A DNA stretch of 62,819 nt, filler included. It is 9 parts of 9 records of this genome, joined end to end, with 100 filler letters (N's around TTAATTAATTAA, not from the genome) between each part and the next. Parts side by side here need not be neighbours in the genome. Positions count along the whole stretch, not along the records: positions 20,120 to 27,917 come from SRR31147125_19794; positions 28,018 to 35,144 come from SRR31147125_19802; 7 more parts are not named here. The stretch is one strand, 5' to 3'. Positions 20,275 to 29,648 of the stretch are shown piece after piece; the stretch's first letter is position 1, and each line of letters begins with the position of its first letter. Both the position numbers and the translations under genes were made by a program. The notes under the pieces were generated by a model that was not told the origin of the DNA, did no database searches, and was given only the letters and a program-made list of their open reading frames with translations.

Positions 20275-21175
20275 TCAGCCTTTGCTTTCAATATCACTTT
20301 CATTATCAGTTCTTATCTTAAAATATTTAGAATATGTTGATAAATGAGTGTAGGATTCCATTTCTTCGATCATTTTTTTTGAGTACCTCATTTTGATATT
20401 TTGAACAAAAAAGAGTGATAGAATCAAAAAGAAAATGAATGAAATTGATAGTAACATTAGTCCTTTTAATGATAAAATTGATAATTTAACTGCTTCTAAG
20501 GAAATATCAAAACTGCCACTTTGACTTGTAGGCAAAAAATATAGTGGAAGAATAACACCTATAAAAAATAGAAAAGTGACCAAAATTAAAGCGTAAGTGA
20601 TTTGAGGTGATGATTCTGGATTCCCTTTAAGAGAGGCAAGCGTTGTAGAGATAAGACGTATCTGTTGCTTGGCATCTCGAAAAGAGTTATTGATATTTTC
20701 TTGTTCTTTTATAACCCATAGATTGATCCCCCTTCAAAATTTGGCTCTAAATTTGATGGGATAGAAAACTCTGAGCTATAAATTGAAAAAAGTTTATTTT
20801 ATTTCTGCTCTCCAAGCCTTCATAATCTGAAATTACATTGTTAATCATGTTGATTATTTTTAGACGTGGAATAAAAATAGAAAAATTTAAACGTTCATAG
20901 AATTGTTGAGCAGGAGGGTGCGGAGTAATTGAAAGTTTGTCTATTAAGTGCCTAATTTCTATATAAGTGCTTTTAAAATTGTATAACTCAAAGTCAAAAT
21001 CATAAACATGATCAATTAGTTGGCGGCTCCGATTTAATAGTTCCTTACAGTGAATGTTTTTCTCCGAGAAAGTAGATTGGTTATTCAAAATTTTGGTTAT
21101 AATAAAAGCACCAAACAAACCGACGATAGCAGCCGCAGATTGTGATAAAGAACTAAAGAACCAATTCCAATCCAT
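20275..21175 (-). CDS. AT-rich accessory membrane protein, unknown function (frameshifted near 20733-20770)
   Basis: MDWNWFFSSLSQSAAAIVGLFGAFIITK (TM), soluble helical middle, two C-terminal TMs; the frame of ORF 20275-20583 stays open upstream to about 20733. Confidence 0.7.
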
Positions 21176-21670
21176 ATGCACCTTTTCAAAATACCTTTTT
21201 CTAAAAATCAAGGTAGATTTGATACATTAGGGAAATAACGAACTCAACCTTAACGAATCAACTAAATTGGAGATAATCATCCATGACAGAAAATAGCAAG
21301 GTTAAAGTCTCTGACCGGTCACCCGGATAAAAATCATTCCTTTAGAAAGTGCAGGGACAATATCATGCAAACCGGTTGACCCAGGACTTAGCAAATGTTC
21401 AGTGTCAGAAGTTAAAAATGGCGCGGCCTGTTCCTACTGATAGCTCTATCTCTCAGCCGTTTTCAGGTAATGTTCCACGGCAAGGGTGAAAAGATTTGTG
21501 AAAAATTGCGGAGCGGGAAAAAAGGGGCACACTCCGGTCTACGCTTAAAGCCCCAGACTTTTGACCCCCGCACCCCTTATACGGCTTTAGCTCCAAGGCT
21601 TTTGAACGTTCCGACATGGTGTGAAGGAGAAGCGGCCACAATACACTCCACCTGCCTATGATTTGTGGTT

Positions 21671-21943
21671 TCACTTGTTCGACAAAGAACGCCGAGACGT
21701 AGCGCCCACAACCCTTGCAATGTCAAACGGCAACGGCCTTGGGCGCTGGTCAGGGTAGAATATGGCAACCAAAAGCCGGGCACAGTTCAATGATTCCTCC
21801 CGGGCGTCTGTAGTATCAGATGGTTTGCCACTGGTATCCCCGGCCATGGGGCAGCCCTGGCAAGAAAAATCCTGGCCATCCTTCACAGCCACCCGGGCAA
21901 GGCATGTGCTATACTTTCCGCACCATATGTTCCGCATAATCAT
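21671..21943 (-). CDS. Small Cys-rich hypothetical protein
   Basis: WCGKYSTCL...FSCQGC; ATG overlaps the upstream stop (ATGA). Confidence 0.55.
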   Translation of the reverse strand: MIMRNIWCGKYSTCLARVAVKDGQDFSCQGCPMAGDTSGKPSDTTDAREESLNCARLLVAIFYPDQRPRPLPFDIARVVGATSRRSLSNK

Positions 21944-22137
21944 AGCCGTTCCGGGATCCGGGTTCTGAGTGATTCCACAATCTCTGATTCCGTGCAGAAC
22001 CAAATTCCCTTGGTCCCGGATAGCTTTGATTTATGGGCTATGAGAATTCCATCTCTACACAGCCGTCGGGCCAGAGGTTTTCCCACGCCCAACCTGACGG
22101 CTATTTTTTCTAATCCGTAATAAAGTTGCTCAGGCAA
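21940..22137 (-). CDS. Small winged-HTH DNA-binding protein (Xis/MerR/Nu1-like fold)
   Basis: LEKIAVRLGVGKPLARRLCRDG-I helix-turn-helix pattern; RBS GGAG upstream. Confidence 0.6.
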   Translation of the reverse strand: MPEQLYYGLEKIAVRLGVGKPLARRLCRDGILIAHKSKLSGTKGIWFCTESEIVESLRTRIPERL

Positions 22138-22158
22138 TTATATCTTCTCCGTAATGAA

Positions 22159-22830
22159 TCAATCACAATTTGACTCTGGTGCAGGCGGGGTGGCTATGGG
22201 TGCATCTCCAGGAAACTGACCCGGCCATGTCAGGAACAAGGGGTGTATTCCGGGCAGGAGGTAAGCATTCCCCGCTGATACTCTGTTCATCAAATCACAT
22301 ATGTTTTGTTTTTCATGCTCAGAGGGTCTGGTTACTCGCGTCGCAGGTTTTTGAATGGCGGTAATACCATTACCTCGGTTTTTGGCCGATGGCTGCGACG
22401 CGATAGATTTATCAAGGTAGTAACCACGCTCCCAGCAATCACAATGAGATTCAGCATGGGTAACCGGGTGATCCTTAGGCCCAATGCCGTGAACATTTAC
22501 GATCCCACATACCGGGCAGGTGAAGTGGGAAACCCCATTTTCAATCTCAACCTTGAATGTCGGCACTTCTGGGAACTCATACCTGTCTATCAGTCCTTTC
22601 CGTGCGATACGCTTCAAACATATCGGACAGGTGACCTTAGATATCTTTTTTGTGACGGTGCACTCGTAACGGTACAATTGGAGCCTTCGTGATTTTAAGC
22701 ACCCGTTATTTGCATAGTGAATCAATGATTCTTCTCTTTTCCCCATTTTACCATACTTGGGCAGCCTTTCATTTTTCACCTTTTCAGTTTGATTTATAAA
22801 TCTAAAAATATATCGAGAGAGTAGTGACAC
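22159..22830 (-). CDS. Hypothetical zinc-binding phage-type protein (start uncertain)
   Basis: CPIC and CPVCG...HG...HAESHC motifs. Confidence 0.45.
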   Translation of the reverse strand: MSLLSRYIFRFINQTEKVKNERLPKYGKMGKREESLIHYANNGCLKSRRLQLYRYECTVTKKISKVTCPICLKRIARKGLIDRYEFPEVPTFKVEIENGVSHFTCPVCGIVNVHGIGPKDHPVTHAESHCDCWERGYYLDKSIASQPSAKNRGNGITAIQKPATRVTRPSEHEKQNICDLMNRVSAGNAYLLPGIHPLFLTWPGQFPGDAPIATPPAPESNCD

Positions 22831-23041
22831 ACCTAAGGGGTGTCACACACTCTATATATAGGGGGTGACACCCCTGACACCCCGCGCCAATAGGGGCTTT
22901 CAGGGGGCGTCACGGATGCGTGAGCGTGACACCCCCTTGAGAAGTCTTGAAACCCTTGATAGGCGGACCTTTGAAAGGGTGTCACACAAGCGATGACACC
23001 CCCATGACACCCCTGAGCCGGTGACACCCCTGTGACACCCC
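22825..23041. repeat. Iteron-like array (putative replication origin)
   Basis: 11 copies or variants of TGACACCCC in both orientations plus a CTATATATAG palindrome, immediately after the primase-helicase. Confidence 0.8.
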
Positions 23042-23055
23042 ACAATGTGGTACTT

Positions 23056-25198
23056 TTAGTTTTCCAGTGCATGGTAAACATATCCTTTCACCCCACCTGC
23101 TGATTTTGGTTCACATCTGATGAATTTGTATTTTGACGCAGCCACGATATGCCTTCTCGCAGTTGCAGGGGAAACCCCAGAAAAATCTTGATAGGCGGCT
23201 GCCAAGGCCTTATTGCTGCCAGCATATCCACCCATATCAAGTAGGGCTTGGCTGACAGCATTACAAATTTCCATCTGCTCGGCTGGAATGCTTTCATTCA
23301 CTGGTTCAAACCGTAATTTATCGGTCATCCTCAATAAAAACGATTCGAACAAGGGCATGTTGTTGGATTTCTCGTGCTTGACCCTTATACAAGGGATCTG
23401 GGCCGTTCGCCGGCCTGTTACTTTACCTTGGGAATCAATGTCCGTGATCCGGTCCTCTCCTATGAATTCCCGGCTCAATGAAATCATATTTCTGGACCAA
23501 TCAGGGATTGCACTTGACCCCCTGTAATCGCCGTTTTTGTTATTATGGTGAATGACAATTGGGGTGATCCCTGTTTCCTGGGCAATGAAAGTAATTGCAT
23601 CCAGGGCAGCCCGCATACGGCCGGCGTCATTCTCCTGCCCATCATGGAAACTGACAAAAGGATCAAAAACCACGATGTCCACCTTTCTGCCCTGGTGTTT
23701 TTCTGTGGCTCTAACAGCGTTAATACACCAGCTAACAGATTCCGGATTTTCAAGAGATTTGCTGATACTTAAAATATCTCCCCCCATGAGCGGGAAGTTG
23801 ATATATTTCAAAGCGGATTGATAGTCCGGGATATCTCCGGCCATTTTTGATAAACGAGAATTGACGGTAGCCATTGAATTTTCCGTTTGAAAAAATAATG
23901 ACGACAATCTTTTTTTTATGGGGAATTTACCAAAAGCTTTCCGGGGAACTTCACAGCAAACTCAAGAGTCATAAAGGTAGACATATTGCTTTTCCCAAGT
24001 CCCCCCGGTGCCGTTATAAGCATGAAATCCCCCTTATTGATGAAACCCTCAACAAGAGGTTCTACCTGTGGATTCAATTCCCTGATTCCCCAGGCTGAAA
24101 TGATGTCAATTGGTTCCGAGGGAGTGATAAGTTCCGCTTCTGATAGCTCGGGCTCCGGTTCAAACGAAACCTCTGTCGCATTTTTTATCAGGTCTTTAGC
24201 CCGTTCCGCCTGCCCGGTTTGCAAGGCATCATTGATATCAAATCCATCCGGGTCATCTGTGGCCCATTTGAATGAACAAACTTTCATTCGATAATCTCCA
24301 TTATTGACTGGAGCATTTTTTGACTGGCGCTATCATTGTCAACGCAGACGATAACCTTTTCGACGTGTGGTATGTATGGCCTCAAGGCTTTCACCTTAGC
24401 CGTATACGTGCTACCTCCCAGAGCGATACAACAAGTATCAGGAAACCACTCAACGGCCGTAATTGTATTGATAACCGCCTCACAAATGATGATGGTATTT
24501 CCCTGTGGATCCCCGTCAAAAGAGCGTAGATCGGCCCCGCACATGAAAAAGCATTCTGCCCCGGGTAGTGAACCTTTCAGGAACACCTTATTTGCAGGGC
24601 TTCCGTTTTTCTCTGTGAAGGGGAATGGCTTTCCATCAGTGCTGAGATACTGAATCGCCTTGACTTCTCCCTGTAGGGTTTTAAACGGTATCGCCACACA
24701 CGTTTTATCTGCATGTGTTTTAACCTGAACCTGTCACAGGTCATACAGAGCTTTTATGGTCATTTTTGCAATTCCTCGCCGGCCATGCAAAAAATCATAA
24801 ATTGCAGTCGGTTTTCTGGATTCGTTTAGGCTGGCAATCCCGTTCCACTCGTCCTGAATAGTACGGTTGGAAGTTTTAGGTGATGAGTTGTTTTGTTGCC
24901 GGGTAGGGGGCTGCCATGTGTTGCCTGAATGGCCCGGACAGTATTCTTTTAAAAGTTGGCCAACGTCTTTCCCATACCGCCACCCCTGAAAATCAATTTT
25001 ATCCATTCCAGTGGGGTGACATTGGCGGCAAAAAGCTTTTCCGGAATTGGTTTTATAGACAAATCTGTCTTTTCCGCCACAGACCGGGCAGGGACCACAA
25101 AGACTGTTTGAGGATTCCTTTACCAGTCCCGGGCAGCATGACAGAACATCTGGTAGAACGGATTTTAGCAACTCTATCTTGTTATCGGTCATGGTCAC
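23056..25198 (-). CDS. P4-alpha-like primase-helicase (Zn finger, TOPRIM, AAA_25/RepA helicase, wHTH), interrupted
   Basis: GPCPVCGGKDRF...FCRQC; IIICEA, CVDND, DINDAL; Walker A APGGLGKS; VVFDP, VIHHNNK, RGSSA. In-frame TGA at 24734-24736 and 1-nt deletions near 24288 and 23933. Confidence 0.85.
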
Positions 25199-25210
25199 GC
25201 TTAAACCTAA

Positions 25211-25426
25211 TTACAATTCGCAACTGGCCAAAGATCGAATCCTTTTGGCTTCTTTTATTTGTGCTTCCCTGGCTTGCTCTGCCATCCTTTTCCACTCGTC
25301 CAGATCCACATACAGTTTCCCGGCAATTTTAAGGATCAGGGCAGGGAACTTTTTCTTGCTGTGGTATTTATAGGCGGTGTGTTTGTTCAACGGGGACTCG
25401 CTGGCGGTAATTGATACAAGATTCAT
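25211..25426 (-). CDS. Xis/AlpA-like DNA-binding protein
   Basis: TAYKYHSKKKFP...KIAGKLYVD pattern; ATG after GGAAG; directly upstream of the primase. Confidence 0.6.
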   Translation of the reverse strand: MNLVSITASESPLNKHTAYKYHSKKKFPALILKIAGKLYVDLDEWKRMAEQAREAQIKEAKRIRSLASCEL

Positions 25427-25723
25427 AATTACTTCCTTCCTATGTTTTTGCGTTTGATTGGATACAACAATACAACCCGGTACATAATTAGTCAAGCGGG
25501 TAAAAGATGATAAGATGTTGAATTACGGTATGTTAGCATTATTCGATAATTATCGAGTAATTAATATTAAGCGGGTATTGTGTTTTTACCGAGTAGTTTT
25601 AAGGAAAACAAAGAGATAGGGTGAGGACTCCACAAGAGGGATGGCTCACCCTTTTTGCGAACTATGCGAATATTGCGAAGGGATTTTTAAAATGAAAAGA
25701 TACTTTTGTGCCTTTTATACGTT

Positions 25724-26564
25724 TTATATATGCGGTTTGGTTTTTAGTTTCTCTGCCACTCTTGCGTTTTTATAAGCTGTCCTGCAAATATCAGAACAGA
25801 ATTTTTTACGCCCCCTGCGCTGGATAGCTGTAAATCGTCCACATTGTTCGCAGAACAGGTAATAGTCTTGGCCGCCAAGAGATAGGAAGTCAAGAAAAAT
25901 ATTTGATAAGATTGGTGTAAAATACATCATAAAAATCGGAATCGGGGGAAATATTTCCTAAACGATTATAATATAATTCACCGCCAAATGTCCTCACCTT
26001 GACCATTTTTCCATCTAAGGGGACGAATGTGTCAGTTAAACTGGTATATTCTGCAAACAGCCTGCCGATCATAGGCCCTTCTTTTGTCTTATCATTGCGA
26101 ATATTGGCAAAAAGAACATCCCAGGGGGCCCCTGATTTTTTGATTTTTTTCAGCAAATGTATGGCTTCGCCTCTCAGTTCCAACACATTAACAATTTCGT
26201 TATAGTATACCCACTTTAATTCAAGTTCTTTTAGAATCGCTCTTTTTTTCTGATCTTGAATATCGGTGGTGCTGGTATTTTCTGGCAACCCCATATCTTT
26301 AAGCGTACTCTTTGCCTTTTGATATCGTATTTCCTCTTGGCGCTTAAAATAATCAATATCGGGGACAAGCCCTTCCTGTAAGAAATCCACCTTCTCAATT
26401 TCTCCTACCCAACTTTTGGAATAGTCTATAGGGTGCACCGCATCAACCAACTTTATGCCTTGACCAATTAACTGTCTAAAATCCCAGATTTTGATTTTTG
26501 GATCTAAAAATTTCTCCAACCATTGCCCCAACTCAACCATTTTTTTAAACTCATTACTGGCCAT
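25724..26564 (-). CDS. Hypothetical protein with C-terminal CGNR-like zinc finger, putative regulator (frameshift near 25935-25950)
   Basis: ORF 25890-26564 continues in another frame into CEQCGRF...KKFCSDICR. Confidence 0.6.
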
Positions 26565-26565
26565 T

Positions 26566-27726
26566 CTATTGATTTCCTTTCCTGGTATTCAGTTCAATAA
26601 TATCTGCCGTTCTTGTTTGCGTTTGCAACTGATCTGATAGGTTCACAGCATCTCTAAGGGTTTTATCTGCAAGATGGGCGTATCTTTGGGTTGTGCCTGC
26701 GTCCTTGTGGCTTAAAAGTTTTTGCACGGTGTAAAGATCAATGCCGTTGCTTACGAGAGAGCTTGCGAAGTGGTGTCTTAAATCGTGAAAACGGAAATCA
26801 GGGGGTAGGCCGGCAGCTTCTTTTATCTTTGTCCAGCTGTGACGAATTGTTTTCCGCTGTTCTCCTCTTGTGGAATAAAAAATAAAGGGTGTATCAAAGT
26901 CTCTGGGAACGTGAAGCAGAACCCCGGTGGCTTTATCTGAAAGGGGGAGGGTCTGGTCCAATACTCCTTTTGGATCTCTCAGGATCACGGTTTGTCGTTC
27001 AAGGTCCACATCATCCCAGGTGAGTTTAAATATTTCCCCCCGCCGGAAACCGGTGTAAAGGCAGAATTCCACAATAGAGGAGGGGATTTTATCCGTCCAG
27101 GTGGAGAGGGTATTTAAAAGCCGGGTTACTTCCTCTTCACTCAAAAAAGCCTGAATTTGATTGTTCAGCTTTGGCTTTTTCACCCGGTCACAGGGATTCG
27201 CCCCGGTATGCTCCCCCCATTGAATGGCCACGTTAAAAACTCTGGTCAGCAATACCAGCTGGTGCTTGATGGTGGTGGGGGATAGAGGTTTTCCCTTTTG
27301 CCCCTTCTTTTTCTTTAGGATCAAAACAAACCTTTCGATATCAAAGGGGCTTATCTTGTCCAAGCCCTTTGTCCCCAGTGCCGGGCCAATGTGCTTGTTA
27401 AAATTGCATTCATCCACATACCAGGACTTTTTATTGACCTTGAGCCAGGGCAAATATTTTTTATCCCAGAATTCTTTGAGGGGGATCGCCTGGGTTTTCT
27501 TTTTAATATCGAATTCCCCCCTCACCGCTGCCGCCTTGAATTTATTCTCTACCTCTCGGGCAACTTCAAGGGTATCCACAATCCGGGTTTTTTGTTTCCC
27601 GTTTACTCTGACTCGGACACGGTACTTTCTCCCTCTCTTGGGAATAGGTTCCCCACATTTTCCACATTTTTTTTGTGTCATTTGCACACTGGTTTTGCAA
27701 CTCTGACAAAAAAAACTGATAGCCAT
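26566..27726 (-). CDS. Tyrosine recombinase/integrase
   Basis: Catalytic R (TGFRRGE), K (DPKG), HDLRH, H (LSHKD), Y (RYAH); N-terminal CxxC...CxxC. Confidence 0.95.
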   Translation of the reverse strand: MAISFFCQSCKTSVQMTQKKCGKCGEPIPKRGRKYRVRVRVNGKQKTRIVDTLEVAREVENKFKAAAVRGEFDIKKKTQAIPLKEFWDKKYLPWLKVNKKSWYVDECNFNKHIGPALGTKGLDKISPFDIERFVLILKKKKGQKGKPLSPTTIKHQLVLLTRVFNVAIQWGEHTGANPCDRVKKPKLNNQIQAFLSEEEVTRLLNTLSTWTDKIPSSIVEFCLYTGFRRGEIFKLTWDDVDLERQTVILRDPKGVLDQTLPLSDKATGVLLHVPRDFDTPFIFYSTRGEQRKTIRHSWTKIKEAAGLPPDFRFHDLRHHFASSLVSNGIDLYTVQKLLSHKDAGTTQRYAHLADKTLRDAVNLSDQLQTQTRTADIIELNTRKGNQ

Positions 27727-27750
27727 TTTCTACCCCCCTCCAACCTAAAG

Positions 27751-27769
27751 AGTGTACCTATAGTGTACC
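27751..27769. repeat. Putative integrase arm-type sites
   Basis: AGTGTACC direct repeat at 27751 and 27762, between int and att. Confidence 0.5.
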
Positions 27770-27887
27770 ACCTGGTTTATTATGTTCTACCAAATAATAT
27801 CACACGGTATAAATCATATAACCGAGCACCGACTATCTGTCAAGGGATCTACGAAAATTTACAAAGGGGTACAAAACATAAAATTCG

Positions 27888-27917
27888 GACTTAGGATCTA
27901 GTGCCGCGAGGCGTGGA
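27888..27917 (+). tRNA. 3' fragment of tRNA-Leu(TAG), the att site of the element
   Basis: Anticodon loop CTTAGGA, 3' stem TCTAG and long variable arm GCC-GCGA-GGC; the 5' side does not pair as an anticodon stem; truncated by the contig end. Confidence 0.7.
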
Positions 27918-28017
27918 NNNNNNNNNNNNNNNNNNNNNNNNNNNNNNNNNNNNNNNNNNNNTTAATTAATTAANNNNNNNNNNNNNNNNNNNNNNNNNNN
28001 NNNNNNNNNNNNNNNNN
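27918..28017. other. Artificial contig linker
   Basis: N-run, TTAATTAATTAA, N-run. Confidence 0.99.
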
Positions 28018-28770
28018 AAAAATCTTCATGTAGAAATTGAAGGTAAAAAGATATTAAATGGTGTTAACCTAACGGTTAATTCTGGAGAAGTTCATGCGAT
28101 TATGGGTCCAAATGGGACGGGAAAATCAACATTAGCAAGTGCACTTATGGGGCACCCAAAATATGAAGTCACTCAAGGTGAAGCATACTTAGATGGCGAA
28201 AATCTTTTAGAGATGGAAGTTGATGAAAGAGCAAGAGCAGGGTTGTTTTTAGCGATGCAATATCCAGCTGAAGTGCCGGGTGTTACAAATAGTGATTTTA
28301 TGAGACAAGCGTTAAATGCAACATCTGAAAAAAATGTAGGTTTAATTGAGTTTGCGATGGATTATGAGCAAAAAGTTGATGAACTTAAAATGCGTCCTGA
28401 TTTAGCGCATCGTTACTTAAATGAAGGTTTTAGTGGTGGAGAAAGAAAAAGAAATGAAATTCTTCAATTAAAAGTATTAAAACCTAAGTTTGCGATTCTT
28501 GATGAAATTGACTCAGGATTAGATGTTGATGCATTAAAAGTTGTTGGTCAAAATGTTAATGATATGGTTAGTGATGCATTTGGTTGTATCTTAATTACAC
28601 ATTATCAAAGAATCCTCGATCACATTACACCAACAAATGTACATATAATGATTGATGGTAAAATCGTGTTATCAGGTGGAAAAGAATTAATTGAAAAAAT
28701 TGATCAAAACGGATATGAATGGATAAAAGACGAATTAGGGATCGAATTTAGAGAAAGTGAAGAAGCTTAA
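28018..28770 (+). CDS. sufC: Fe-S assembly ATPase SufC (5' truncated)
   Basis: GPNGTGKST, NEGFSGGERKRNE, DEIDSGLDVDAL. Confidence 0.95.
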   Translation, partial: KNLHVEIEGKKILNGVNLTVNSGEVHAIMGPNGTGKSTLASALMGHPKYEVTQGEAYLDGENLLEMEVDERARAGLFLAMQYPAEVPGVTNSDFMRQALNATSEKNVGLIEFAMDYEQKVDELKMRPDLAHRYLNEGFSGGERKRNEILQLKVLKPKFAILDEIDSGLDVDALKVVGQNVNDMVSDAFGCILITHYQRILDHITPTNVHIMIDGKIVLSGGKELIEKIDQNGYEWIKDELGIEFRESEEA

Positions 28771-28772
28771 TC

Positions 28773-29648
28773 ATGCATCAAATTATTATTAAAGATCATG
28801 AAATTAAGTCTGGGTTACCCAAAGGATTTATCTTTGATAATCAGTCACTTTTTATCCCTAAAAATCAAATATTCCAAGATCCGATTAAAATAACTCTTGA
28901 AGATGATAATAACGAAACATTAAATATTGTTGTTGAAGAAAATACAAGTATAAAAATTATTTTAGAAATCGCAAGTAGCGATGTCGCAAAAAATAACTAT
29001 AAATTAAATTTAACCGCAAATCAAAATGCTCAAGTTAAATATCTATTGGTTGCTGAATTAGAAAGTAAGGATGCTTTATTAGAGCATTATTTTACAGCAA
29101 AAAGAGATGCTAAACTTGATTTGATTGGTGGATTTGTATCAAATATTATTAATGCTAAGATGCACGTTGATCTTGTTGAACAAGGTGCAGAAGTAAAAAT
29201 GAGAGCAGTTGCTGTATCTTCTGATGATCACATTCAAAACATTGATGTTTTAATCGTTCATGAAGCACCTGATACATTTGGTGATATGACGAATATTGGG
29301 ATTGCCAATAAACGTGGTAAAATCATATTAAATGGTGTAGAAAAAATCAAGAAAGGTATGAAACGAGCAAATGCTTTCCAAACATTAAAAGGCATTATCA
29401 CATCTGATGAGGCAAATGTTGAGGTTAATCCTATTTTATTAATTGATGAATATGATGTTGCTGCTGGACATGGCGCAACAATCGGTAAAATCGAAGAAGA
29501 TCAACTTTACTACTTACAAAGTAGAGGATTAACAAGAACAGAAGCTGAAAAATTAATTATTAATGGATTTTTAACACCAATCATTGATGAAATTGATGAT
29601 GAACCATTAAAAGAAAGATTTGTTAATCTCGTTAACTCTCGTATATGA
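28773..29648 (+). CDS. sufD: Fe-S assembly protein SufD
   Basis: NPILLIDEYDVAAGHGATIG, LYYLQSRG; operon position. Confidence 0.9.
   Translation: MHQIIIKDHEIKSGLPKGFIFDNQSLFIPKNQIFQDPIKITLEDDNNETLNIVVEENTSIKIILEIASSDVAKNNYKLNLTANQNAQVKYLLVAELESKDALLEHYFTAKRDAKLDLIGGFVSNIINAKMHVDLVEQGAEVKMRAVAVSSDDHIQNIDVLIVHEAPDTFGDMTNIGIANKRGKIILNGVEKIKKGMKRANAFQTLKGIITSDEANVEVNPILLIDEYDVAAGHGATIGKIEEDQLYYLQSRGLTRTEAEKLIINGFLTPIIDEIDDEPLKERFVNLVNSRI

Larger units (their letters stand above)
20120..27917 (-). mobile_element. tRNA-Leu-integrating phage satellite / PICI-like element (partial)
   Basis: att/tRNA fragment, tyrosine integrase, Xis-like gene, P4-alpha-type primase-helicase, iteron array, small genes, cargo and cos-like site, all co-oriented. 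Confidence 0.8.

Noticed and set aside
22825-23041. CRISPR array
   Set aside because: The repeats are only 9 bp, irregularly spaced and in both orientations, and no cas genes are present.
22833-23081. 82-aa ORF over the iteron array
   Set aside because: Its low-complexity translation (GVS/VTP) simply reflects the DNA repeats.
24734-24736. Selenocysteine codon in the primase
   Set aside because: There is no redox-motif context, no convincing SECIS hairpin after the TGA, and primases are not known selenoproteins.
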